A stretch of DNA of 64,000 nucleotides from Armatimonadota bacterium (GCA_037444405.1 JBBIML010000009.1:128001-192000), one strand, 5' to 3'. Positions 9,900 to 19,975 are shown, numbered from the stretch's first letter. Notes: a model not told the origin generated them from the sequence alone. Program-made: numbers and translations.

Positions 9900-11075
9900 A
9901 TGGTAATTGGCGTGCCGAAGGAGACCTATCCGAACGAGCAGCGCGTGGCGCTGATTCCTGCACTGCTACCCGCGCTGCACAAAGCGGGCTTCGAAATGCT
10001 GATCGAATCGGGCGCAGGTGAAGCGGCGGGCTTCCCCGATGCCGAATATCAGGACAGCGGCGCTCAAATTATCAGCCAGCGTGAGGAGCTGTTCGCTCGC
10101 GCTGAGATTATCGTACAGGTGCGCACGGCAGGTGCCAACCCGCAGTTCGCAGACGACCTGCCCCTTCTGCGCAGCGGGCAGATTCTGGTTGGCTTGATGG
10201 AACCGCTCTGGCAGCCGGCAGTGATGGGGCAGCTCGCGGAGCGCGGCGTCACGGCGTTCGCGCTGGAGCTGATGCCCCGCATCAGCCGCGCCCAGAGCAT
10301 GGATGTGCTGTCCTCGATGGCGACGATTGCCGGCTACAAGGCAGTGCTGCTCGCGGCGAACATGCTGCCCAAGATGTTTCCGCTGATGATGACGGCGGCA
10401 GGCACGATTCAGCCTGCGCGCGTGTTCGTGATTGGCGCGGGTGTGGCAGGGTTGCAGGCGATTGCCACCGCGCGCCGACTGGGCGCCGTCGTCGAAGCCT
10501 ACGATATCCGCCCTGCCGCCCGACAGGAAGCCGAAAGCTTGGGCGCCAAGTTCGTCGCGCTGGGGCTGGAAAGCGAGGAGGCGCAGGAAGCCACTGGCTA
10601 CGCCAGAGCCTTCGACGAAGCCTTCTATCGGCGCCAGCAGCAACTGCTGACCTCCGTCATAGCTCGCAACGATGTGGTCATCACCACCGCGGCGGTGCCC
10701 GGCGCACGCGCACCGCTGCTGATCACCCGCGAGATGGTGCGCACCATGCGACCCGGCTCGGTGATTATTGACCTTGCCGCCGAATGGGGTGGCAACTGCG
10801 AACTCACCCGCGCTGGCGAACGCATCACCGAAAACGGCGTGACGATTGTGGGCGCCGTTAACCTCGCCTCCACCATCCCCCAGCACGCCAGCCAGCTCTA
10901 CAGCCGCAACATCACCAACTTCCTCAACCTGCTGTTCAGGGATGGACAGCTCAACTTGGACGATGAGATCACGCGCAGCACGCTCGTGACCCATCAGGGC
11001 GAGGTGGTACATCCGCGCGTGAAGGAGAAACTTAGTGCAAACCCACTGTCAGGAGGTGAACCAGATGCCCGCTGA
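9900..11075 (+). CDS. pntAA: NAD(P) transhydrogenase alpha subunit part 1
   Basis: IGVPKE..EQRVA, RAQSMDVLSSM, GAGVAGLQAIATA, GGNCELT. Start ATG 9900 after GGAGG. Confidence 0.96.
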   Translation: MVIGVPKETYPNEQRVALIPALLPALHKAGFEMLIESGAGEAAGFPDAEYQDSGAQIISQREELFARAEIIVQVRTAGANPQFADDLPLLRSGQILVGLMEPLWQPAVMGQLAERGVTAFALELMPRISRAQSMDVLSSMATIAGYKAVLLAANMLPKMFPLMMTAAGTIQPARVFVIGAGVAGLQAIATARRLGAVVEAYDIRPAARQEAESLGAKFVALGLESEEAQEATGYARAFDEAFYRRQQQLLTSVIARNDVVITTAAVPGARAPLLITREMVRTMRPGSVIIDLAAEWGGNCELTRAGERITENGVTIVGAVNLASTIPQHASQLYSRNITNFLNLLFRDGQLNLDDEITRSTLVTHQGEVVHPRVKEKLSANPLSGGEPDAR

Positions 11076-11388
11076 ACATGCCACGCTGACTGTGCAGGAT
11101 ATTCTCGTAAACCTGCTCATTTTTCTGCTGGCGAGCTTTCTGGGACTGGAATTGATTCGCCATGTATCGCGCCTGTTGCACACGCCACTGATGTCGCTGA
11201 CGAACGCCATCTCGTCGGTATCGGTGGTGGCGGCGCTGATTGTGCTGGCGAACCCCAGGAACAACTTTATCCTGTGGCTGGCGGTGATCGCTGTCGCGCT
11301 GGCGATGTCGAATGTGATCAGCGGCTTCATGATCACCGAGCGCATCCTGCTGATGTTCAGGCGACATCAAGGAGGTGAGCGCGAATGA
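11065..11388 (+). CDS. pntAB: NAD(P) transhydrogenase alpha subunit part 2
   Basis: LHTPLMSLTNAIS, NVISGFMITERILLMF; GGAGGTG RBS. Confidence 0.95.
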   Translation: MPAEHATLTVQDILVNLLIFLLASFLGLELIRHVSRLLHTPLMSLTNAISSVSVVAALIVLANPRNNFILWLAVIAVALAMSNVISGFMITERILLMFRRHQGGERE

Positions 11389-12767
11389 GCATGGATGTGC
11401 TGGTTCAGCTGCTCTATGTGTTGGCAGCGGTGCTATTTGTGCTGTCGCTGAAGGCGATGAGCGAGGTGCGCACGGCTCGCTGGGGCAACTGGGCGGGCAG
11501 TGCGGGCATGCTAATCGCGATTGTTGCCACCCTGCTGGCATACCGTGTGGAGCGTTATGACCTGCTGATTGGCGCGGTGCTTGTGGGCGCGATTATCGGT
11601 GTCCCGATTGCGCTCAAGCTGCCGATGACCGCCGTGCCCCAGCGAACCGCCATGTCGCACGCCTTCGGCTCGTTGGCGGTCGCGCTCGTCGGAACCGCCA
11701 AATATTATCAACTCTATCCCGATATCGACCGCTTCACGATGGCAGTGCTGGCATCGGAGATGATTCTGGGCTATCTCACCTTCACAGGGAGCTGTATCGC
11801 GTTCGCCAAGCTGCAGGAGTTAATCTCGGGCAAGCCGCTCATCTATCCAGGGCGCAACTTTGTGAGCCTGCTGGTGCTGGGCGTGGCGGTGGTGTTAGGT
11901 ATCGCGCTGGTGATTGACCCTGCGCAGAGCGCGCTGCTGCCGATGATGATTGTGGCGGCGCTGCTGTTCGGCTTCCTGCTGGTGATGGGCATCGGTGGCG
12001 CGGACATGCCGACGGTGATCGCGATCCTGAACTCTTACGCGGGTCTATCGGCAGCTGCGCTGGGCTTCGTGCTGAACAATAAACTGCTGATTGTGGCGGG
12101 CACGCTGGACGGCTCGTCGGGCTTCATTCTGGCGATATTGATGTGCAAGGCGATGAACCGTTCCTTCACGAATGTGCTGTTCGGAGGCGTGGGCGCGCCT
12201 GTGCCGAAGGCGGGCGGTGCAGGGGGCGAAGCCCGCACCGTGGTCGCCTATACGCCCGAAGATGTGGCTGCCATTCTCGACGGCGCACGGCTGGTGATGG
12301 TGGTACCCGGCTACGGGATGGCAGCGGCACAGGCACAGCACGCCGTGAAGGAGCTGCAGGATGTGCTGGAGGCGCGAGGCGTGACGGTCAAGTATGCGAT
12401 TCACCCCGTCGCAGGGCGCATGCCGGGGCACATGAATGTGCTGCTGGCGGAGGCGCAGGTCTCCTACGATAAGCTGCTGGAGATGGACGAGGCGAACCTG
12501 CTGTTCCCTGAATGCGATGTGGCGATTGTGGTGGGCGCGAACGACATCACGAACCCCGCCGCCCGCACCAAGCCCGACTCACCCCTGTACGGCATGCCGA
12601 TTCTGGATGTGGACAAAGCCCGTACAGTGGTGTTCATTAAGCGCAGTCTGGCGGCAGGCTTCGCCGGCGTGGATAACGAGCTGTTCTACCTGCCACACAC
12701 GATGATGGTCTTCGGCGACGCCAAAAAGGTGGTCACCGATATCGTCACCGCGCTGAAGAAGGCATAG
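11385..12767 (+). CDS. pntB: NAD(P) transhydrogenase beta subunit
   Basis: IGGADMPTVIAILNSYAG, CKAMNRS, HPVAGRMPGHMNVLLAEA, GANDITNPAA. Confidence 0.97.
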   Translation: MSMDVLVQLLYVLAAVLFVLSLKAMSEVRTARWGNWAGSAGMLIAIVATLLAYRVERYDLLIGAVLVGAIIGVPIALKLPMTAVPQRTAMSHAFGSLAVALVGTAKYYQLYPDIDRFTMAVLASEMILGYLTFTGSCIAFAKLQELISGKPLIYPGRNFVSLLVLGVAVVLGIALVIDPAQSALLPMMIVAALLFGFLLVMGIGGADMPTVIAILNSYAGLSAAALGFVLNNKLLIVAGTLDGSSGFILAILMCKAMNRSFTNVLFGGVGAPVPKAGGAGGEARTVVAYTPEDVAAILDGARLVMVVPGYGMAAAQAQHAVKELQDVLEARGVTVKYAIHPVAGRMPGHMNVLLAEAQVSYDKLLEMDEANLLFPECDVAIVVGANDITNPAARTKPDSPLYGMPILDVDKARTVVFIKRSLAAGFAGVDNELFYLPHTMMVFGDAKKVVTDIVTALKKA

Positions 12768-12791
12768 AGCGAATCGGGCATTTGATAGTCG

Positions 12792-14009
12792 CTATCGCTC
12801 GCGCCGTTTGCTCTCTGCCGCCTGGAGCATCTCGCGAACGGTGAACCCGAGCGGCTGCCCTAACTCAACCTTGCGCCGCGCCGATTGGAGCGCCTCAGCT
12901 GCACCTGACGGAACGAAATTATACCACTGGCTTCGCGCCTGCGTGCCCCACCAGTCCATCCGCTCGCTGTAGCACCACACATACTCATCGGTGAGATAGA
13001 GTGCCCAGTAGGCGTTATGCTCCAGCCAGCGGGCACGCTCCTCTGGCAAGAGAAAGAAGCTCACAAAGCGTTCGGGGTTCGGCTGACGCAATGCGAACAG
13101 CTGATCAATATAAAGCGCGAAGCCCGCCTGCACATGCAATCGATACTTGCGCCGATTTTCAGGTGCAACCAGCGTCAGCGCACGCTGCTTCATCAGATGA
13201 TAGGCGCGAAAATACTGCTCGGCATCCTGATAATAGTACGCCGATTCGTTGCCGTCCACAATCAGTGTCTGCCCTCTGATGGCGTCCAGCATCCCGTTCA
13301 GGAAGGCGGGCAGGAGACCATAGTTATGATTACTAAGCCGTCGGGCGCGCGCCTCCTTATCAGCAATGTCCACAATATCAGGAAACAGGCTCAGCTGGAA
13401 GAAGGTCAGCAGGCGTAGATCGGGGAACTCGCTCTGCAGCGCTCGCAGAAAGCGTGCCCCGCATTCACGCACGCGACGCTGATAGTCCTCAAAACTTTTG
13501 TGCTGTGCCTGCGGTTGAGAGGGGTAGTGCCACGGATTGCCGTTGTACGGCTCAGGATCAAAACAGATGCCGACCATCTTGCCCACCCTCGCAACTCGTG
13601 CAATCAGACGGGCATTCTGTTCGGCAGACCGCCAGTGCCGGGCGTCGAACCAGTCCCAGCCTTTTTGCGCGGTGCCCCACATCAAAATAAAGTTTTCGAT
13701 AAATCGCTCAAACCTGGTTGCCAGCAGGTTGGCGCGATCATCAGCATAGTCTGAGGCACTGGCTGAACGAAGGCGAAAGATATGCGCAGGATAGTCCTGC
13801 CAGCCGCCTTTGAGGCGAATCACAATCCCATCAAAGAAGGGGCACCTCTGCTCCATCGCGCGGATATTTGCCCGCACAAATGCGGGATCGGGCACACCCC
13901 AACCGTACTGAATCAGTTTCTTGCGCGGTCGATCCCCCTCTACCTGTCGTGCGGCAGGCAATGCCTTCCTGGAAGCCTCTTTAGCATCCCAAGTAAATTC
14001 ATCTTGCAT
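12792..14009 (-). CDS. Conserved hypothetical protein, possible TIM-barrel glycoside-hydrolase-like fold
   Basis: 405-aa ORF with KKLIQYGW, PFFDGIVI, GICFDPEPY, IVDGNE, YVWCYSE; somewhat lower GC than neighbours. Confidence 0.65.
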   Translation of the reverse strand: MQDEFTWDAKEASRKALPAARQVEGDRPRKKLIQYGWGVPDPAFVRANIRAMEQRCPFFDGIVIRLKGGWQDYPAHIFRLRSASASDYADDRANLLATRFERFIENFILMWGTAQKGWDWFDARHWRSAEQNARLIARVARVGKMVGICFDPEPYNGNPWHYPSQPQAQHKSFEDYQRRVRECGARFLRALQSEFPDLRLLTFFQLSLFPDIVDIADKEARARRLSNHNYGLLPAFLNGMLDAIRGQTLIVDGNESAYYYQDAEQYFRAYHLMKQRALTLVAPENRRKYRLHVQAGFALYIDQLFALRQPNPERFVSFFLLPEERARWLEHNAYWALYLTDEYVWCYSERMDWWGTQARSQWYNFVPSGAAEALQSARRKVELGQPLGFTVREMLQAAESKRRER

Positions 14010-14147
14010 GGCTGTTCAGACACCGCTCCTGGTAAAAAAGATATAGGCGGACGCCGACGAGCGCCACATCGTTCCGGCGTACCATCTCATCATAAGCCCA
14101 GGCACTCTCTGTTCGGGCAGGCATCTTCGTATCATACATGCGCCGGC

Positions 14148-14579
14148 TCAAGGAAAGATTGCATAAACCACCTCGGCGAAGGTGCGGGGGGTTTCGTGGA
14201 CGCGCACGCGCAATAGCTCGAGATGGCTATACGCCTGCAGGGCTGTTAGCAGCCGCTCGGCAATATAGCGGGCGATGTTCTCCGCCGTCGTGGGAAACGG
14301 CACATAGACCACCTTGAACTCTGGATGCCCCTCAAAGAAGGCTTTCATCACCATGTCGCTGGTGTCGCAGAGGAAGGCATGATCCAGCTCCTGAATGATG
14401 GGGCGCACCAGTCGGGTGAGTTCATGGTAATCCAGCACCATGCCCCTTTCGTCAGGCTGACCTTCCAGCTCCACGCGCACTGCATAGGAGTGCCCGTGCA
14501 GGTGCTGGCACCCGCCCGTGTGCCCCGGCAGGCGGTGCCCCATCTCCCAGTGGAAGGTTTTGGCGATTCGGACGCTCAT
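14148..14579 (-). CDS. queD: 6-carboxytetrahydropterin synthase (PTPS family)
   Basis: GHRL, CQHLHGHSY, GMVLDY, LDHAFL, TTAENIA, VHET. Confidence 0.92.
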   Translation of the reverse strand: MSVRIAKTFHWEMGHRLPGHTGGCQHLHGHSYAVRVELEGQPDERGMVLDYHELTRLVRPIIQELDHAFLCDTSDMVMKAFFEGHPEFKVVYVPFPTTAENIARYIAERLLTALQAYSHLELLRVRVHETPRTFAEVVYAIFP

Positions 14580-14586
14580 GGCGGTA

Positions 14587-16152
14587 TCAGTGCCGAAAAT
14601 GGCGGATGGCGGTGAAGACCATCGCGATGCCGTGCTGGTTGGCGGCGGCAATCACTTCAGGGTCTTTTTTAGAGCCGCCGGGCTGAATAATGGCGCGGAT
14701 GCCCGCCTGTGCCGCCAGTTCGATACTGTCGGGGAAGGGGAAGAAGGCGTCGGACGCCAGCACGGCGCCGCTGGCTCGCTCGCCCGCCTGCTCCAGCGCG
14801 AGGCGCACCGCCCCCACACGGTTCATCTGCCCCGCGCCGACGCCCAGCACCTGCCCCGCTCGCGCCACCACAATCGCGTTCGACTTCACATGCTTGACCA
14901 CACGCCAGGCGAAGCGCAGGTCGCGCCACTGCTCGTCGGTCGGCGCATGCTCCGTCACCACCTGCAGCAGGTTGGGGTTCCAGTCGATAGAATCGCGCTC
15001 GGTATAGAGAACGCCGCCCGTCAGCCCTCGCACGGTGAAGCGCGCCTCCAGCGCGTCGGGCGGTGGTAGCGTGCCTGTGCGCAGCAGGCGCACGCTCTGA
15101 CCCCAGCCTTTGCGCTCCTGAAAGAGCGCGATAGCGTCGGGCGTGAAATCGGGCGCGATCACCACCTCGAAGAAGTTGCCCTGCACGGTGATGGCGCGCG
15201 CGGTCGGCTCGTCCACTGTGCGGTTGAACGCCACGATGCCGCCAAATGCAGAAACGGGGTCTGCCCGCAGCGCGCGCTCGAAGGCGTCGGCAGGCGTATC
15301 GGCAACGGCTACGCCGCAGGGGTTGGTGTGCTTGATAATCGCGCATGCGGGCTGATCGAACTCGCGCACCAGCTCCAGCGCGGCGTCGGCGTCCAGCAGG
15401 TTATTGTATGACAGCTCCTTGCCCCAGAGCTGCTCGGCGGTCGCGACACAGCCGTCGGGCGCGAACGGCTCCCGATAAAACGCCGCCTGCTGATGCGGGT
15501 TCTCGCCGTAGCGCAGGCGCTGGACACGCCGATAGGTGAGCGTCAGCCGTTCGGGTAGCGCACCGTCGGGGTCATAGCGGCGGAACCACTGGGCAATCAG
15601 CGCGTCGTACTCGGCGATGCAGGCGAAGGCGCGCGCCGCCAGCAACGCGCGTTCCGCACGGCTCAAACCACCCGCTCGCAATCGCTCCAGCACCCACTCA
15701 TAATCGGCAGGGTTCACCACCACCGCCACATGCTCGAAGTTTTTGGCGGCGGCGCGAATGAGCGTCGGACCGCCAATATCGATCTGTTCAATCTGCTCGG
15801 CTTCGGACGCGCCTGCCCGCCAGGCTGCCTCAAAGGGATAAAGGTTGACCACCACCAGCTGGATGGGTGTGAGCTGCAGCTCCTGCAGGGTGCGCTGGTG
15901 GTCGGGGCGGTTCAGGTCGGCGAGCAAAGCGGCATGCACGCGCGGATGGAGCGTCTTCACGCGCCCATCGAGGATTTCAGGGAAGCCTGTCCAGTCGCTG
16001 ATCTCGATCACGGGCAGTCCCCACTCGCGCAGGGCGCGCGCCGTGCCCCCCGTGGAAAGCAGGCGATAACCCAGCTGATGGAGCGCGCGGGCGAACGGCT
16101 CCAGCCCCGTTTTGTCCGACACGCTGATGAGAGCCAGCGATTCCTGCCTCAC
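14587..16152 (-). CDS. purH: Bifunctional AICAR transformylase/IMP cyclohydrolase
   Basis: ALISVSDKTG, GRVKTLHP, LRYGENPHQ, ASDAFFPF, RHFRH. Likely GTG start at 16152. Confidence 0.97.
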   Translation of the reverse strand: MRQESLALISVSDKTGLEPFARALHQLGYRLLSTGGTARALREWGLPVIEISDWTGFPEILDGRVKTLHPRVHAALLADLNRPDHQRTLQELQLTPIQLVVVNLYPFEAAWRAGASEAEQIEQIDIGGPTLIRAAAKNFEHVAVVVNPADYEWVLERLRAGGLSRAERALLAARAFACIAEYDALIAQWFRRYDPDGALPERLTLTYRRVQRLRYGENPHQQAAFYREPFAPDGCVATAEQLWGKELSYNNLLDADAALELVREFDQPACAIIKHTNPCGVAVADTPADAFERALRADPVSAFGGIVAFNRTVDEPTARAITVQGNFFEVVIAPDFTPDAIALFQERKGWGQSVRLLRTGTLPPPDALEARFTVRGLTGGVLYTERDSIDWNPNLLQVVTEHAPTDEQWRDLRFAWRVVKHVKSNAIVVARAGQVLGVGAGQMNRVGAVRLALEQAGERASGAVLASDAFFPFPDSIELAAQAGIRAIIQPGGSKKDPEVIAAANQHGIAMVFTAIRHFRH

Positions 16153-16179
16153 ACGCCTATTGTACCCGCCTGCCACCCA

Positions 16180-16200
16180 TTTTCAGTGCGTTTTCAGTGC
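16180..16200. promoter_or_regulatory. Tandem direct repeat TTTTCAGTGC x2 (11-bp period), candidate regulator site
   Basis: TTTTCAGTGC-G-TTTTCAGTGC between divergent purH and the sigma-like gene, upstream of TAAACT at 16208. Confidence 0.5.
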
Positions 16201-16243
16201 CCTGTCGTAAACTGCCCGCGACACCTTTCGGGAGGTGGCGACG

Positions 16244-16909
16244 ATGATGACGATAACGGAACAGAACGGGGCGACGCTGGATTCGATCTGGCAGGAGCGA
16301 CTGACCGAGCAGTTTCTGCAGTTCGCTCGCGCGCATGTGTGGGGCTGGCTGGTGCGCTGGAACCGCGTCAACAGCTGCCCGCTGCCCGAAGCCGACCTGG
16401 AGGACATCCTGAGCGAGATTCTGCTGACCGTGCTGCATTTCAAGCTGCCGGAGGGGGCGTCGGCGTGGGAGCCGTGCCTGATGGCGTATCTGAAGCGGGT
16501 GGCACGCCGAATCTATAATCGCTTCCGCTCCCAGCGGCGGATAGTTCTCTCGCTGGACGCGCTTCCGCCAGAGCTTTTACCGACCGTGAGCATTGAGGAC
16601 ACCTGCTCGCAGGACGAGGGGGCATTTGTGCAGGCGGTTGCCCAGCAGCTGCTGAAGATGCCCCGCCATCACGCGCTGGCGTTCCTGTTGCAGCTGGATT
16701 CGGAGCTGGCGGAGTGCCTGTTGCAGGCGGGCGGCGCGGCGCTGGAGCGTCATCTGGCGTGCGACGCCCTGTATGAGCTGGTGCAAGGTGCGCCCCTGCC
16801 CGACCGCGAGATTGCCCGACACCTGCAACTGACACCCCGTGCGGTGATCCGTGCCCGCCAGCACGCCCGCGAACGGCTCCGCAACTGTCTGCAAGCCATC
16901 GGTGCATAG
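16244..16909 (+). CDS. Divergent sigma-70/ECF-like factor
   Basis: Region-2-like ADLEDILSEILL...AYLKRVARRIYNRFR and region-4 HTH LPDREIARHLQLTPRAVIRARQHARERLR; GGAGG RBS. Confidence 0.65.
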   Translation: MMTITEQNGATLDSIWQERLTEQFLQFARAHVWGWLVRWNRVNSCPLPEADLEDILSEILLTVLHFKLPEGASAWEPCLMAYLKRVARRIYNRFRSQRRIVLSLDALPPELLPTVSIEDTCSQDEGAFVQAVAQQLLKMPRHHALAFLLQLDSELAECLLQAGGAALERHLACDALYELVQGAPLPDREIARHLQLTPRAVIRARQHARERLRNCLQAIGA

Positions 16910-16911
16910 CT

Positions 16912-16998
16912 CCCTCACCCAATCCCTCTTCCCCGCGCGGGAGAGAGGGACAAATGAAACCCCCTCTCCCACAGCGTGGGAGAGGGAGGGGGTGAGGG
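16912..16998. repeat. Palindromic REP/RPE-like element (full copy)
   Basis: Terminal IR CCCTCACCC...GGGTGAGGG enclosing two hairpins, including perfect CCCTCTCCCAC-AGC-GTGGGAGAGGG. Confidence 0.85.
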
Positions 16999-17132
16999 CT
17001 ACCTCTGGAAAGAAGCATTTAGGGGCGATTTTCGGTCGAAATCCGCATCTTTATGGGTACATTTCGGGGTTCGCCTGCATTATATTAGATGGAGCCGAAA
17101 AAGCTCCCAGACCAAACGATAGAGGTACAACG

Positions 17133-18260
17133 ATGATGAGACGAACGATCTGGAGTATCGGGCTAATCGCAAGCGCGTTGCTGGTGTCGCTCTTCACGCC
17201 AGCGTCAGCGCAAAATGAACGGTGCTGTGATTTCCATGTACGGCACAATTTCCGCGTCTGCCTGCCGAGGGGCTGTCAGATCCCGCAGGTTCGCTGGGAT
17301 TGGTTCACGCAAGCAACGGTGTGGCCGCCCCTGCAGACCAGCACCAATTCCGGCACGAACTTCTATCCTATTCCAAGTGCCGACACCCAGTGTGCAAATG
17401 CTGTTGCGCCACAGGAGTGCGCGTTTGCAAACGCTTGCGCCCAGTTTAATGTGGACTGGATTCCGGGCACCCGCTGCATCCAGGGCTTTCACGAAGCCTT
17501 CGGACGCGCCTGTGTCCGCTGCCGCGGGTTTGGGGCGCGGGCGAGGGCAGCGTCCCGGATCACCATTCTGTGCGGCTTGCAGAACGCTGCCGGGCAGATC
17601 GTGTGGCAACCTGCTTTTCGCGATACAGTGCGAGCGGGGTGCGGCGTGCGCAATACAGACCCTGTGGTGCTGAAGCTGCGCAACCCTGCAACGGGTGAAA
17701 CGCGCGACGATGTGCTGTTCGACCTGCGCGCCTCACGCTTCAGTTGGGAAGGTCAGGATGTAGACGGCGACGGCTGGTATGACACCGCAAGAGTTCGCTA
17801 CTGCTGCTTGGATGTGGATGGAGACGGATATCTTGCCATACAGGTCGGTGGAGAGTCTCTGCGTGCGCCGGCGGGCGAGCTGCGCCTTCGAACCCACAAT
17901 AGTATCGTCACCGAGGCTTTCAAAAGCGGTCTTTTCGATAGTGTACGCCTGCCAAATGTTGGTGAGCAGGTGCCGCCAGAGATACCACTTCCCTTCGCCG
18001 AGTTCGACCTGACCTTCCAGGTGCCCGACGGCTGGGTGCTGGAAGAGGTAGAGATGGGTGGCGGCGGCGAATCGGGCGATACACCCCCGCCACCCGGCGA
18101 TGTGAACGGCGACGGCTGTGTGGATGACGCCGACCTGTTAGCTGTGCTGTTCGCGTTCGGGCAATCGGGTTCAGACTTGCCCGAAGATGTGAACGGCGAT
18201 GGCGTGGTGGACGACGCCGACCTGCTGATTGTGCTGTTCAACTTTGGTCAAGGCTGCTAA
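17133..18260 (+). CDS. Secreted Cys-rich protein with C-terminal GC-ending dockerin-like domain
   Basis: Signal peptide (MMRRTIWSIGLIASALLVSLFTPASA), Cys-rich N-domain, PPPP linker, [15 protein letters not shown]...FNFGQGC. Confidence 0.85.
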   Translation: MMRRTIWSIGLIASALLVSLFTPASAQNERCCDFHVRHNFRVCLPRGCQIPQVRWDWFTQATVWPPLQTSTNSGTNFYPIPSADTQCANAVAPQECAFANACAQFNVDWIPGTRCIQGFHEAFGRACVRCRGFGARARAASRITILCGLQNAAGQIVWQPAFRDTVRAGCGVRNTDPVVLKLRNPATGETRDDVLFDLRASRFSWEGQDVDGDGWYDTARVRYCCLDVDGDGYLAIQVGGESLRAPAGELRLRTHNSIVTEAFKSGLFDSVRLPNVGEQVPPEIPLPFAEFDLTFQVPDGWVLEEVEMGGGGESGDTPPPPGDVNGDGCVDDADLLAVLFAFGQSGSDLPEDVNGDGVVDDADLLIVLFNFGQGC

Positions 18261-18280
18261 CCGTCCCTGCCGTGCCTGCC

Positions 18281-18315
18281 AATCCCCCCTTCTTCCACCC
18301 GGAGGAGGGGGGATT
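18281..18315. repeat. C/G-rich hairpin (terminator-like or related palindromic element)
   Basis: AATCCCCCCTTCTTC-CACCC-GGAGGAGGGGGGATT, about 15-bp stem with G-U pairs, directly before GGTATAAT. Confidence 0.6.
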
Positions 18316-18352
18316 CGAGGTATAATAAAGTATTCGAAGGTGGCTAACCGAC

Positions 18353-19975
18353 ATGAACAGTCTGAAAGGGTGGCTTTCTGGTGCGCTATTGATGAGCCTG
18401 TGGGTGGCAGCTTGCGCCCAGCAGAATGTGTCGATTACTATCAGCCTGATCGACTCCGTGAATGTGGAGTACGAGATGCAGGTGGTCAACAACAACACCA
18501 GCAGCTCGGGCTGGGCAGTGGATCAAGTGGATGTGCTGTACACGACAGCAGGTGTGTTGCAGGCGACCTTTGTGCCCAACGGCTGGGGCTGGCGCGGCGA
18601 TGTGCCCTGGGATGCCATTCCCAACGCGCTCGAATTCACCGCCAATACAAGCGCTGACCGCATCGCGCCTGGCGGGGGCAGTCGCACCTTCCGCTATAAA
18701 ATGAACACCAAAACGCCAGCGGAAGACTTCTATATCATGTTCCATGTGGTGCAGGGAACCCAGAGCCAGGAATATGTGCGCCGAATCAAGGTTCTCCAGA
18801 CCATCAATGTGCCCAAAGATTCGGGGCAGATTCAGCAGGTGAATGTGCCCGCGCCTGGTGGTGGCATGCTCCAGCTGCTGGAGCTGCGGTTTCGGATGCT
18901 GTTCCCCATCCCCACCCTGCGCTACGAGATTGCCACCCTCGATCAGGATGGTCAGGAGCGCGATCGGGTGCAGTATCCACCCGCGCCCATCCCACAGCCG
19001 CCCCATCTGGAGCATTTCTTCACCGGCGGTGTGGAGCGCCAGATTCCGACAGAGGGTGTGCCCCCGCTGAGCTACTGGACGCTCTGTGCGGAAAGCGCCC
19101 AGTGGAACAGCGGCGCCACTGGCATCGCCGAGCTGAGCTGGGAACGGGACCGCCTGTCGATTCGGCGTCCATCCGCCTGCTGGCACTTTTTCCCCTCCTT
19201 GCCCCTGCCCGACGGCGGGCGAATCGTGCGCTTTCGAATCGCCAACTGCGGCAGGGTTCCGTTTCAGGGCGCGCTATTGCTTTACCTGCGGGGGGACCAG
19301 CTGCTTGCTTGCGGCGCTGACCTATCCACCTGGCCCACTCGTTTTCCACCAGATCGCCAGCTCCCGCTAACGCTCTCGCCGGGTCAGTTCCAGCAGATCG
19401 ATCTGGTCATTCCTGCAGGGGTGCCGCCGAACCGATTCTTCTATGGCGCTCTCGATATGGAATCGGGCGATGAGCTGCCGACCCAGCTCTTCTTCGCGCA
19501 TCAGGAGTCGGACGCGCCGCTACTGACAGGGCTGCTGCAGAACGACGGCGGCAGGCGACCCGTGCAAATCGCAGTGCACAATCCGCTCTCTGGTTTTACG
19601 CGCCTATTCACCACGCTTACCGATCCCGACGGAATCTGGCGCATTCGGCTTGATGCCAGCAACGGCTTTGCCTTTTTCGACGACGCGGGCTTCTATCTCC
19701 CCGTCTGGGAGGTGCGGGTCAAGCCGCAGGGCGCGCTTTCGCGCACTTTCCAGCAGGTGCTGGTGCCCGGTGGCGACACGCTCGATCCCTACCTGCGCAT
19801 GTGGCTGGTGCTGGGCGATGTGAACGGCGACGACTGCATCGACGATGCCGACCTGTTAGCCGTGCTGTTCGCCTTCGGGCAGGCGGGCAACCTGCCTGAA
19901 GACCTGAACCTCGATGGCATCGTCGACGATGCCGACCTGCTGATTGTGCTGTTTCACTTCGGCGCAGGGTGCTGA
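18353..19975 (+). CDS. Secreted beta-rich protein with C-terminal GC-ending dockerin-like domain
   Basis: Signal peptide, beta-sandwich-like segments, GDVNGDDCIDDADLL...FHFGAGC. Confidence 0.85.
   Translation: MNSLKGWLSGALLMSLWVAACAQQNVSITISLIDSVNVEYEMQVVNNNTSSSGWAVDQVDVLYTTAGVLQATFVPNGWGWRGDVPWDAIPNALEFTANTSADRIAPGGGSRTFRYKMNTKTPAEDFYIMFHVVQGTQSQEYVRRIKVLQTINVPKDSGQIQQVNVPAPGGGMLQLLELRFRMLFPIPTLRYEIATLDQDGQERDRVQYPPAPIPQPPHLEHFFTGGVERQIPTEGVPPLSYWTLCAESAQWNSGATGIAELSWERDRLSIRRPSACWHFFPSLPLPDGGRIVRFRIANCGRVPFQGALLLYLRGDQLLACGADLSTWPTRFPPDRQLPLTLSPGQFQQIDLVIPAGVPPNRFFYGALDMESGDELPTQLFFAHQESDAPLLTGLLQNDGGRRPVQIAVHNPLSGFTRLFTTLTDPDGIWRIRLDASNGFAFFDDAGFYLPVWEVRVKPQGALSRTFQQVLVPGGDTLDPYLRMWLVLGDVNGDDCIDDADLLAVLFAFGQAGNLPEDLNLDGIVDDADLLIVLFHFGAGC

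Noticed and set aside
14010..14147. Short ORF or preQ1 riboswitch near queD
   Set aside because: Lies downstream of queD, lacks the preQ1 consensus, and the 25-codon ORF has no supporting features.
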